Shown: positions 1 through 9,402, numbered from the stretch's first letter. The stretch: 32,000 bases of DNA from Promethearchaeum syntrophicum (GCF_008000775.2 NZ_CP042905.2:2550001-2582000); one strand, 5' to 3'. Program-made: numbers and translations. Notes: generated from the letters alone by a model not told the origin.

Positions 1-1086
1 ATTTTCAAATTTGATATGTCCTTTAATTTTTTTCGCTATAGGTTCGGGATTCTCTCTAATTTCAGAATGGGCATTCATTATTTCAAGTAATCTTCTAGCA
101 CCAGCAATTGATCTTTGTACAATCCTAAACGACCATATTGAAATGAAGGTGGGAAATCTTAAAATCATAAGAAGCCCTATATACCCAATAATATCCCCAA
201 TACTAACTAAACCTTCACGATAAAGTAGAGTTCCATGTAATAAACCAAATGTGATAGTAAGTGCGACAAATAAGATAGGAATATATTTAGCTTGAATTTC
301 TCCTTCTTTTATTCCTAAATTTAGGTAGTCTTTTGCTTTTTTTTTATATTTCGATCCTGCTTTGTTTTCTTGAGCCATTCCTTTAATTACTTCAATTCCG
401 GATAAGGATTCATTCAGAATTGCATTTAAATTCCCAAATTCTATTTGCGATTGGGTTGTAACAGGAGATAGTTTTTTTGTGTATCTTTTTAACGAAATTG
501 CAAAAACAATTGAAAATAAAATGGGAGCTATTAAGAATTGGTTAGGATATTTTATTAAAATCAAAATAATCGGAGAAATGCTATTAACTAATGCCTCTAA
601 AATTAATGTTAAGGCAGGACTAATTAAGAAATTTAATTGTCTCACATCCCATGTTGATCTTGCCATTAAATCTCCAATTTTTTGTTGATCGTGAAACGAA
701 AGACTTTTTCCTAAGAGACTAACATAAAATTCATCCCGAGTATCTCTTTCCATTCGTTGAGCAAGGGTTTCCCGTAACAAGTTAGCGCATAAATCAACAA
801 TTGGGACTGATGCCCCGAATAATAGAACTCTCAGTGTAAGATACACAATATCATCATTTCCATCAATGAAAGCTTGAATTGTTTCACCTACGATAGTCAT
901 GGAAATACTATATAATACTGAAGAAATTATTACTAACGATAACCAAGTAACTATAAAAAATTTATTGCTCTTATAGAAAAGGTGTTTCAAAATCCACTGA
1001 GCTGGACCCTTCCTCCTCGCCCTTTCAAAAGGATCATGAGTTAAACCAAATTCCTTATAGTTATTTACTAAAATATCTGTGCTCAT
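1..1086 (-). CDS. ABC exporter, N-terminal transmembrane domain region (partial, runs off left edge)
   Basis: Not in the supplied ORF track. Reverse strand reads ATG at 1086: MSTDILVNNYKEFGLTHDPFERARRKGPAQWILKHLFYKSNKFFIVTWLSLVIISSVLYSISMTIVGETIQAFIDGNDD... then ...RMERDTRDEFYVSLLGKSLSFHDQQKIGDLMARSTWDVRQLNFLISPAL..., which is ABC_membrane type; open to position 1. Confidence 0.8.
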   Translation of the reverse strand, partial: MSTDILVNNYKEFGLTHDPFERARRKGPAQWILKHLFYKSNKFFIVTWLSLVIISSVLYSISMTIVGETIQAFIDGNDDIVYLTLRVLLFGASVPIVDLCANLLRETLAQRMERDTRDEFYVSLLGKSLSFHDQQKIGDLMARSTWDVRQLNFLISPALTLILEALVNSISPIILILIKYPNQFLIAPILFSIVFAISLKRYTKKLSPVTTQSQIEFGNLNAILNESLSGIEVIKGMAQENKAGSKYKKKAKDYLNLGIKEGEIQAKYIPILFVALTITFGLLHGTLLYREGLVSIGDIIGYIGLLMILRFPTFISIWSFRIVQRSIAGARRLLEIMNAHSEIRENPEPIAKKIKGHIKFEN

Positions 1087-1176
1087 ATCTGTTTAAAATT
1101 AAATGTTCAGAATCAATTTTCAATTTTACTGTTATAAAACTTAATATCTTTAATTTAAGAATAATTAAATTAATTA

Positions 1177-2184
1177 ATGGAATTATTCCATTTTCTAAAT
1201 CTTCAATCTCAAAAACCTTTGCTGGATTATATTCAAAACATCCAGACCTTTTCTAATCATTGGATCAATCCTTCTGCAAAGTTGGATCGCGTTGTTTTTT
1301 CGAAAATTTCTGAGGCAGAACAATTTTTGGAAAGTTTCACTCAAAATGAGAACCTAATTAAAAAAATTGGACTTCCTTCAATTATTTGCTCTTTGGATTC
1401 AGCTTATGAGTTAGAACACGTTTTAGATTTACTAAATGAACAAAAAAACATAAAATGTGAAATTTTATGCACAGATTCACCTAAAATGGATGAAGATATT
1501 CAATATTTTTTGCAAGATAAACTTCCCGAATTTAAATCGAAAATATCTCCCAGGTTTTCATTAGTTCACACAAATTATGAGATAAATCTTAATACAAATC
1601 TTCAAAAAAAGAGAAAAAAAACCTCAAGAAAACCACCCCTCCATTTTCAAAAATTATTAAAAAAATTTGGAACTGATCTTTTTCCTTCAATAATTGGTAA
1701 CGAATATTATGGAAATCAAGTATTTAACTCAATTATGAGCTTAATTTTATCCCAAATTACAAATAATGGAGATTTATCAGATCTTAGTACAATTATTCCA
1801 AGTTCTCCAATGAAATTTTATGATCTCCAAAATAAAGATGAAAAAAGCTTTGAATTTAGATTCCAAAAATATCTTTCAATAAAAGAACTAAAGACTTGGC
1901 TAGAATCAATTAGGGTAGGATTTGACATGTTAAGATTATCTTATATTTATGAATCTTGGTCTACTAAACTCGATTTTAAATCTGCAGGTTCGGATAGATT
2001 TTTCTTTGGATTTAATGATGTCGAATTTGCTTTCGCTCAGAAAAACTTCGAAAGTCTCCAATATTTAGCAAATAATCTAGGATCTGCTGCTCTGTATTTT
2101 CAATTGACTCGCCTCATTTCAGAAAATGATTTTAGAATTGAATTAATTAACAACCATTTTAAATTACCAATTTTTACACGATAA
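1177..2184 (+). CDS. Hypothetical protein, 335 aa, no family recognised
   Basis: Long ATG ORF, 23 nt upstream of the same-strand TPR gene. Confidence 0.75.
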   Translation: MELFHFLNLQSQKPLLDYIQNIQTFSNHWINPSAKLDRVVFSKISEAEQFLESFTQNENLIKKIGLPSIICSLDSAYELEHVLDLLNEQKNIKCEILCTDSPKMDEDIQYFLQDKLPEFKSKISPRFSLVHTNYEINLNTNLQKKRKKTSRKPPLHFQKLLKKFGTDLFPSIIGNEYYGNQVFNSIMSLILSQITNNGDLSDLSTIIPSSPMKFYDLQNKDEKSFEFRFQKYLSIKELKTWLESIRVGFDMLRLSYIYESWSTKLDFKSAGSDRFFFGFNDVEFAFAQKNFESLQYLANNLGSAALYFQLTRLISENDFRIELINNHFKLPIFTR

Positions 2185-2207
2185 TTTTTTAAGAATTTTT
2201 TTTATAA

Positions 2208-3680
2208 ATGTCAAATTTGAATACTTACAGAAAAAACATGAGTCAAGGCGATTTTGGAGAACCCCGAAAAGAATTTGAGAAAGGGCGGAACTTTTTAGTC
2301 AAAGCAGAACGAGCAATATACAGAGAAAATTATAAAAAAGCAATGAATTTTCTTTCAACAGCTCAAGATATTTTTAAAAAATCAAATTCAATCCTGATGA
2401 TTGCAAAAGTTCATTTTTTAGAAGGTTATATCCATGAAAATTTACATGAATGGGAAAAAACATTAGAATTTTATAAATTATCTTTAGAACTAAGAAAAAT
2501 TGCAGGAACTTCTTTGATAATTGCGGAAACAGAAAAGAAAATCGCTGAAACCCTCTTGAAATTGAATAACTATCAAGAAGCACATAAATACGCTCAAACT
2601 GCTATCGATATTTTAGAAAATGAAAATCAACCATTTGCTAAAGCGGATTCTTTGTATACAAACGGGACAATATATTTTGCAGAAAAAGATTGGAAAAGTG
2701 CGATTTTTTATTATAATCTTGCATTAGATTATTTGAAAAATCAATATCATTGGAAATTATTCTTAAAAATTCATGAGAATCTCGGAAAAGCCTATAAAAA
2801 ATTAGGTAATTATATCGAATCCAATCACACTTTCAAGAAAGCACTAAAATTAGAACATGAAAAAAAGAATTATACTGTGATAATTTCAATTCTGAAGGAA
2901 ATGGCAGAGAATTATAAATTTCTTAATAATAAGAAAAAATCTGTTGAATATATCACAGATGCAATAGATATGGAGAGGAAATTTCAAAAAATCAATTCAG
3001 ATAAAAATAATCACTCTAGTCAATTACAACTCGCAGAAATTTTGTTTTATTTTAACGATTTTCAGCAAGCAATGGAAATTTGTGAGGAATCAATTGAATT
3101 TGCAGAAACATATAATAATCAAATAGATTTAGTTCAAGGATTAACTCTTACAACAAAAATATTACTCAATAAGAATCTTCTAGATGACCAAAATTTAGAT
3201 TTAATTCAAAATTATTTAGTTGAAGCTCGAGATATTGCAGAATCACTTAAGGACACAAAAAATATAATCGAAATTCTAATTTTAAAAATTCGTTTATATA
3301 AAAAAATTAATAAATCGGATGAAATTCTTGAAATTTTACGAATTGCAGAAGAATTGGCATTAAATTCCTCATCAAAATGTAGTCTTGGTGATGTATATGA
3401 GCAATATGGATTATTATACCATTCTCTTGATTTTGAAAAAGCACTTAGTTATTTTAAACTTGGGCTTGAAGAATATATAGAATGTGATTCTATTCAAGAT
3501 CAAGCCGAAATGCATTATAACATCGCATGTATGTCGTCTCTCATGGATTTTCCTGAAGAAATTATTGATCATTTGACGATAGCCGTAGAATTAAATTCTA
3601 AATTTAAAATTATCGCCAAAGAAGATGAAGATTTTAAATCTATTAGGAAACTTGATCTATTCCGAAGCATTATCGAATAG
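2208..3680 (+). CDS. Tetratricopeptide (TPR) repeat protein, 490 aa
   Basis: Repeated helix pairs such as AIYRENYKKAMNFLSTAQDIFKKS, YQEAHKYAQTAIDILENEN, DWKSAIFYYNLALDYLKNQ, GNYIESNHTFKKALKLEHE, DFEKALSYFKLGLEEYIE. Confidence 0.88.
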   Translation: MSNLNTYRKNMSQGDFGEPRKEFEKGRNFLVKAERAIYRENYKKAMNFLSTAQDIFKKSNSILMIAKVHFLEGYIHENLHEWEKTLEFYKLSLELRKIAGTSLIIAETEKKIAETLLKLNNYQEAHKYAQTAIDILENENQPFAKADSLYTNGTIYFAEKDWKSAIFYYNLALDYLKNQYHWKLFLKIHENLGKAYKKLGNYIESNHTFKKALKLEHEKKNYTVIISILKEMAENYKFLNNKKKSVEYITDAIDMERKFQKINSDKNNHSSQLQLAEILFYFNDFQQAMEICEESIEFAETYNNQIDLVQGLTLTTKILLNKNLLDDQNLDLIQNYLVEARDIAESLKDTKNIIEILILKIRLYKKINKSDEILEILRIAEELALNSSSKCSLGDVYEQYGLLYHSLDFEKALSYFKLGLEEYIECDSIQDQAEMHYNIACMSSLMDFPEEIIDHLTIAVELNSKFKIIAKEDEDFKSIRKLDLFRSIIE

Positions 3681-4334
3681 TTTTTCTCATTATTAACAAA
3701 TTTTTATCTTAAATAGTAAATTTAATCTCTATTTTTCTATATTTCATATCAAATCAAGAAATAATGGTTTATTACAGATTATTATCCGGTTAATAAATAC
3801 AACGTTAGGAATCTATGCAATAATTTGCAAAACAAACAGAAGTAGAACATTATTTCTGGACTTCCAATCCTCTCAAGCGTGATTTTAGAGCTTTTTCCTT
3901 AAAATTCATTCTGTTTTTGTCGGCTTCAGAGAACCATCCCTTCTCAAATTTGAAAATTGTATTTTTGTCGGCAGATTACCGACTAAAATCGTTTTTCGCC
4001 ATATATCGCAGTTACAAAAATAAATAATATTAGAAGAATTTATGTCGAATAAAATCGCGCGTGATTCTTAGAAAAATTCTAATCTTAAATTTTGCACTTC
4101 TATATATTATCGAATTTTGTCGTTACCCCTTCGATTTTGAAGGAATTTGTTGAATAAAATAGACTAAGTTCTTTATATACCAGTTTTATCCAACTTAATA
4201 TTAGTAATCAAACATAACATGTGAATCATATAAACATGGTAATGTAATTGATTAGGTAATTTTACAAATAATTCAAATAGAACTTTATATATGTGTGTGG
4301 CATAGGTAAGGTTCAAAATTAAGGATATACAGGT

Positions 4335-4646
4335 GTGTGTGCAAAAATGTCAATGTATCGCAAATATTTATTAAAGAGGGACTTCTGGGCAGTGCCTAGA
4401 AAAGATGGGCGTGAGCCAAACTGTTATGTAAAGCATGATATTAAAGTAGGAGGGATATATGCTTTCATCCAGAATAGAGGTGTACGCATTGTAGCAGATA
4501 ATACTGAAAGGAATTTTAACAATTTTAATGACCTGGACTTATATCTTGATAGACTTGTAATCTTTAAGGATAATTCCAATTCTGATTTTTTAGCGATATT
4601 GAACCGCAGAAATACAACAAAATTGCTCAGGCAAATCCCAATGTAA
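4335..4646 (+). CDS. Small hypothetical protein, about 100 aa
   Basis: ORF MCAKMSMYRKYLLKRDFWAVPRKDGREPNCYVKHDIKVGGIYAFIQNRG...; isolated between long non-coding stretches; start could be one of the internal ATGs. Confidence 0.5.
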   Translation: MCAKMSMYRKYLLKRDFWAVPRKDGREPNCYVKHDIKVGGIYAFIQNRGVRIVADNTERNFNNFNDLDLYLDRLVIFKDNSNSDFLAILNRRNTTKLLRQIPM

Positions 4647-4726
4647 ATAAATAGTTAGACATTAACTTATACCTAACCTTTATTCTACAAGTTTTTTCTT
4701 TACGTCAATTTCTTCTTTCTTATTTT

Positions 4727-5623
4727 TTACGAATTCTCTAAAAAATTTTCTATGGTTTTGGCTAAGGTTTTTGGTTTTCCGATAACTACATCATGATTAA
4801 CCCCCGGAATTATAACCAAGGTTGAATTGGGTATTAATTCGTGAATTTCTTCTGAAAGTTTCGGTGGTGCATCTGTATCTTCATACCCTACAACTATTAA
4901 TGTAGGAATTTTTAATGTTTTTATTTCTTTTCGAATATCAAATGAACCAATCTCTTTTATTCCTTGAATAGTTGCTTCTTTGTCTGTGAAAAGGGTTCTC
5001 CCACCAGTATTATATTTTCTTGACCACATTGGAAAATGCTCTAAACCATGAACAGAGTGCCCTTTTTTCTTACCATTATATCTATTCCAAAAATTAATCC
5101 TGTAATAAATTCTGTATAAAAATAATTTAAATTTTCCAAAAAAGTTCCCTGTCCAATAGGCACTTGAAGACAGCAAAATCAACGTATTAATATACGAAGG
5201 ATTTGTACTGGCTACTTTCATACAAATATTACCCCCCATTGAATGTCCAATCAAGATCACTGAAGAAAATCCAAATTTCTTCACCATTATTTCTTTTATG
5301 AATAATTCCACGTCTTCAGCCATTTTCAGAATTGAAAAATCATTAATTGCCTGTTTTTGAGACCAACCGCAACCCCTTAAATCTAATCTAAAAACGGGTG
5401 TTTCCTTTTCAATAAAATGGAGATACAAGGGGTGTAAACGAAATCTATTAGCCGTCCATCCATGCACAAGTAATACTGCCGATTTTTTGGTATTTTCTTT
5501 TATTTCAGGTTGAACATTTTTATATTCATAATAAATTTGAATTCCATTTATATCAGCATAATTTTCTTCATAATCCTCAAATTCGGAGGCATTTGGGTGA
5601 ATTTGATCAGATTCTCGCTCCAC
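4727..5623 (-). CDS. Alpha/beta hydrolase fold protein
   Basis: LLVHGWTANRFRLHPL (oxyanion region), nucleophile elbow VILIGHSMGGNICMK, TLIVVGYEDTDAPP acid region, PGVNHDVVIGKP catalytic His. Confidence 0.9.
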   Translation of the reverse strand: MERESDQIHPNASEFEDYEENYADINGIQIYYEYKNVQPEIKENTKKSAVLLVHGWTANRFRLHPLYLHFIEKETPVFRLDLRGCGWSQKQAINDFSILKMAEDVELFIKEIMVKKFGFSSVILIGHSMGGNICMKVASTNPSYINTLILLSSSAYWTGNFFGKFKLFLYRIYYRINFWNRYNGKKKGHSVHGLEHFPMWSRKYNTGGRTLFTDKEATIQGIKEIGSFDIRKEIKTLKIPTLIVVGYEDTDAPPKLSEEIHELIPNSTLVIIPGVNHDVVIGKPKTLAKTIENFLENS

Positions 5624-5788
5624 ATTAATTCATAATCAGTTTGTTTTAAAAAATTTTTTATATGTTGGAAAAATCCCAAAAATCACTGCTGGAATTTTGG
5701 AAAAATTTCCTCTTTTTAGATTCAAAATTCGTAATTTTCTTTGAGCAACATTGAAATACCCCTTGTTCCCTTATTAAAAATATTAATT

Positions 5789-6028
5789 ATGGAAATTTTC
5801 ATTAACTACAAGTCTGAACTTGATAAAAATATAATCGATCAAATCACTTTTATTAAAGAGGAATTTATACATTTATTCTCCCAAAAATCGACGTATTCCA
5901 ATGCAGATCATAAACTAGCTCTTGATTTATTAAATCAGTTATCAAAATTAGTTCAATCACCCACTTGTTTGGATTTTCTAGCTGAAACTCTTGAGAATTT
6001 AGAAGAGAGTTTTCCTACATTATTTTAA
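5789..6028 (+). CDS. Small hypothetical protein, 79 aa from ATG at 5789
   Basis: The track ORF starts at a TTG (5741); the in-frame ATG at 5789 gives MEIFINYKSELDKNIIDQITFIKEEFIHLF... Confidence 0.4.
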   Translation: MEIFINYKSELDKNIIDQITFIKEEFIHLFSQKSTYSNADHKLALDLLNQLSKLVQSPTCLDFLAETLENLEESFPTLF

Positions 6029-6072
6029 AATTATTAAATTTTTTTTATCCCACTTGCATTAAAATTAAGTTT

Positions 6073-7212
6073 TTAGGCATTCAACATATCTTCTGAGAGC
6101 CCTTCAGAAAAATACTTCTTGCGCGTAATCCAACTATTTTGAAATTCGGGGATTTGAGAAAGGATAGATCCACCCACCCAATTGGATAGCGCACGGCCTT
6201 TTGGAGCAATTATTTTCACGTTCTGATACATTTTTCCCCTTTGGATTAATTCCTTTTCTATTTCTTGTTTCAATCTAGTTTCAAAATTCGGAAATAATGA
6301 GGACCCTCCAGTAATAAAAATGTTTTGAAGTAAAGACCTGCGAATATCCATGTCGCATAATTCTACAACATCAACAATTGCTTTGTGCAAGGGTGTGGTC
6401 TCCAAGTTATTTATTGTTGGATCAAACATGAGCTCGGGAACTATGAAACGTTCCGCATCTAGCGATAATTTCTTATAATCAGGTAGGGTATATTTTTTCT
6501 TAAATTTCTCTCTGTTTTGAAAATCTTGCTCGTAATTTAATGAAACAAAACATGCACGTTCCTTTAGTACCCTAACTAAATTTCTCTGAACGCTACTTTC
6601 AATTGGGACCCCCGCTTCTTGGATTTTTTTTTCTAATAGATTATCCAGAATACTTCCACCTAATTCTACGTTACGAACAGCATGTTGAAGTATATAACTC
6701 TCGTAAATCGGGGTTATTCGGATATTTGAAGCACCCATATCAATGATCAAACCTGTATTGAACCCCCCCGAATACATTGTCAAAAGTGCACCTCGCACAG
6801 GATAATAACCACCACACACATGTTTTTCTAGAAATAATTCAAAAAGTTTTTTTTTAGATTCGGTAGATAAGAAGGGGTTTGTAGTAAACATTATCTTGCA
6901 CATAGCGGGATCAACTCGAAGTAAATAAAATATATAATCTACTATTGCCTCAAATTCGCCCCAATTAGTAATGTCTCCTCCATTTGCAATAGGACGTCTC
7001 AACTTGTAAAGTCCTAATGATTCAATAATTTCTAATCCTATGAAAATTTGCTTATCTTGGCCAGTTTGAAGACTAGCATCGATTGCTTTGTATTTGGGAT
7101 AACCACAAATTGTGGGAAAAATTTTTCTGGGTTCATTTTCCCCACCGTATCCTATTTTTGTTGAATATTGACCCATATCAATTACAATAGAATATAAATT
7201 TTCCATATTCAT
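6073..7212 (-). CDS. Actin family / actin-related protein, 379 aa
   Basis: Alignable by eye to actin: IVIDMGQYSTKIGYGGENEPRKIFPTICGYPKY, RRPIANGGDITNWGEFEAIVDYIF, LIIDMGASNIRITPIYESYILQHAVRNVELGGSILDNLL, DAERFIVPELMFDP, CDMDIRRSLLQNIFITGGSSLFPNF, KIIAPKGRALSNWVGGSILSQIPEFQNSWITRKKYFSEG. Confidence 0.93.
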   Translation of the reverse strand: MNMENLYSIVIDMGQYSTKIGYGGENEPRKIFPTICGYPKYKAIDASLQTGQDKQIFIGLEIIESLGLYKLRRPIANGGDITNWGEFEAIVDYIFYLLRVDPAMCKIMFTTNPFLSTESKKKLFELFLEKHVCGGYYPVRGALLTMYSGGFNTGLIIDMGASNIRITPIYESYILQHAVRNVELGGSILDNLLEKKIQEAGVPIESSVQRNLVRVLKERACFVSLNYEQDFQNREKFKKKYTLPDYKKLSLDAERFIVPELMFDPTINNLETTPLHKAIVDVVELCDMDIRRSLLQNIFITGGSSLFPNFETRLKQEIEKELIQRGKMYQNVKIIAPKGRALSNWVGGSILSQIPEFQNSWITRKKYFSEGLSEDMLNA

Positions 7213-7278
7213 TTAATCCCAATAAGCTTCTTTTTAGAACTAATAAATAATATCACTAAATAAAAAAAAAACAATACA

Positions 7279-7863
7279 TTATAATTTACGCTCATATATC
7301 CTTTTAGCCATTGTTTTAAATAAAGTACCGACATTCTGCCCGGTTAATGCACTAGTTTCGATATAATCCGGAATATTTAATGATTCTTTCATATGATCAA
7401 CATGAGCAACCGATATTTTTCGTTCATCTTTCAAATCGCTTTTATTACCCACCAAAACCATGGGAAGATCAGTAAGTCCATCTTTAATTAATTCTTTGTG
7501 CCAGTTTTTAAGATTGGAGTAAGTATGTGTTCGAGTTAAGTCGAAACCAAGAATTACCCCATTTGCTCCGTTATAGTAGACTTTATGCAATAAGTAAAAC
7601 TGTGGTTGCCCCGCAAGATCCCAAAGCAAAAGATTGATAATAACTTTTTTTCCTTCAATTTCCATTTCGATAACTTCCTTGGAAATTGAAACCCCTACAG
7701 TAGGTAAGTAATCCTTCTCAAATTGCTTTTTGACGAATTTCCGGATTAAAGATGTCTTTCCAACGGCTGGATCTCCGATTACAATGACTTTATAGATGAT
7801 TTCGTCTGGTTCTCTCTCTTTATAAAAATATTCTTTCTCTTCTTTTTCTTTTTCTTCACTCAA
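7279..7863 (-). CDS. Ras/Rab-type small GTPase
   Basis: All G boxes: GDPAVGKTS (G1), T in YLPTVGVS (G2), WDLAGQPQF (G3), NKSD (G4), ETSA (G5). Confidence 0.96.
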   Translation of the reverse strand: MSEEKEKEEKEYFYKEREPDEIIYKVIVIGDPAVGKTSLIRKFVKKQFEKDYLPTVGVSISKEVIEMEIEGKKVIINLLLWDLAGQPQFYLLHKVYYNGANGVILGFDLTRTHTYSNLKNWHKELIKDGLTDLPMVLVGNKSDLKDERKISVAHVDHMKESLNIPDYIETSALTGQNVGTLFKTMAKRIYERKL

Positions 7864-8001
7864 ATTGAATTCACCTTAATAATATTAAATATCTGTTTTA
7901 TGTTAAAAAAATGACTGTTGAAAACTAGAGAAAAACATAAAAATAGAATTAGACAAATTTTTACATATATAAAAATTAAAACAAATATCGAGGGGCTTTT
8001 G

Positions 8002-9402
8002 ATGTCACAAATTAAAAATGAAACAATAGTATTTTATTTAGATCTTGCAGCGAAAAAGGCAATTTTGTCGAAAAAGGATTTAGAGAAATCTATTTCAAGT
8101 TTCTTGACAGAAAAAAAAAATAAGAACCCAAAAACCGTGTTTAGCATTTTCTATTATAAAGATGACGACACACCTTTTCTAAGTGAAGAAATGCAAGATA
8201 TTAAGGAACTTACAACAATTATTCAAAATGATTGGAAAAATCGGCACGTTGCAGAAAGTAATTTTGAGAATGGATTATTTTATTGTCTTTCATTTCTTGC
8301 AGGAAAAGCAGTGGAAGCTGAAGGAACTTATCGGGTTATTTGTATTTCTGATTTACCAAGTAAAAAAAGTGCAGAATATGCAGAGGCGCTTATGGAATTA
8401 GTGGAAGTAGTCAAAACTTTCCCAACATTTATTGATATAATTCGCGTCGGGAAAGAAGATATGTACCCTGATGATGTTAAACTTCGAATTGTGAGTACAT
8501 TAACTTCAGGTGGTTTATTTTATGTTTCAGGACCAAAGGATTTTAAAGTAACTTTTATGGGATTGGCAAAAAATAAAATACTACCAGATTTACGCGAAGA
8601 AGGGGGTCAAGAAATTGACGAAGATAAAAAAATGTATTATGAAAATCTAGCTAAAGAGTTAGTTGAATTAACAGAGACCGATTTAAAATATTGCATGCTT
8701 TGCTCTAAAGAGGTTTGTGATTTTTGTAATGATCCGCTAGATGTTCTCAAAAAATGCCCAAAATGCAATAAGTCTTTTCATGAATGTTGCGGAGCCTTAT
8801 TTTCTTGGAAATTCAATATTGGATTGAAACACATTTTTAGATGTCCAGAATGTGGCACTATCCTAAAGATGGATGAGACTCTCGTTCACGAAATCAATGG
8901 AGAACCACTAGAAGAAAAAATCTTAACCCAAGAAGAATTAGAAGACTCGGTAAAAGAGGAAACATGGAGTCCAGAAGATTTAGAAGAAAAAGAACCGAAG
9001 ATAGAAAAAGATGACCTTAAAATAGAATACGAGCGTGTTACAGGTAATGAAGCATTTTCAAAAGGGAAAGAAACTAATGAATTTAAAGCATGGAAAAAAG
9101 ATCGAGAGGAATTGACAAAAGAAATGGACGAAATTGAAGAAAAACAAGCAAAGAAAATGGCATATAGACCAATGGGATATTTTGGAGCTAAACCGACAGC
9201 AATAAAAACTAAAAAACCAGTGGAAGCTGAAGAACCAAAGAAAATCGAAGAAAAAAAGAAACCAGCAGGCTCGGCTCTCGCAAGGAGAAGGGCACAAAAA
9301 CGTAATAACGGGGCTGCGAGAAATATTTTGTGTTCAGTATGTGGTAACCGAATTAGGCCGAAAGAGAAATTTTGTCCTAAATGTGGAAGCCCAACCGGCT
9401 AA
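8002..9402 (+). CDS. vWA-like domain + RING/treble-clef-like zinc domain + charged linker + C-terminal zinc ribbon (TFIIH p44/Ssl1-like topology)
   Basis: ATG at 8002 preceded by GAGGGG. N-terminal vWA-like fold (ETIVFYLDLAAKKAIL ... YRVICISDLPSKKS ... IDIIRVGKEDMYPDDVKLRIVSTLTSGGLFYVSG), then CMLCSKEVCDFCNDPLDVLKKCPKCNKSFHECC...FRCPECG, and CSVCGNRIRPKEKFCPKCG at the C-terminus. Confidence 0.8.
   Translation: MSQIKNETIVFYLDLAAKKAILSKKDLEKSISSFLTEKKNKNPKTVFSIFYYKDDDTPFLSEEMQDIKELTTIIQNDWKNRHVAESNFENGLFYCLSFLAGKAVEAEGTYRVICISDLPSKKSAEYAEALMELVEVVKTFPTFIDIIRVGKEDMYPDDVKLRIVSTLTSGGLFYVSGPKDFKVTFMGLAKNKILPDLREEGGQEIDEDKKMYYENLAKELVELTETDLKYCMLCSKEVCDFCNDPLDVLKKCPKCNKSFHECCGALFSWKFNIGLKHIFRCPECGTILKMDETLVHEINGEPLEEKILTQEELEDSVKEETWSPEDLEEKEPKIEKDDLKIEYERVTGNEAFSKGKETNEFKAWKKDREELTKEMDEIEEKQAKKMAYRPMGYFGAKPTAIKTKKPVEAEEPKKIEEKKKPAGSALARRRAQKRNNGAARNILCSVCGNRIRPKEKFCPKCGSPTG

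Noticed and set aside
11-688. Two small + strand ORFs (11-223 and 479-688)
   Set aside because: Antisense to the partial ABC exporter read on the - strand from 1086.
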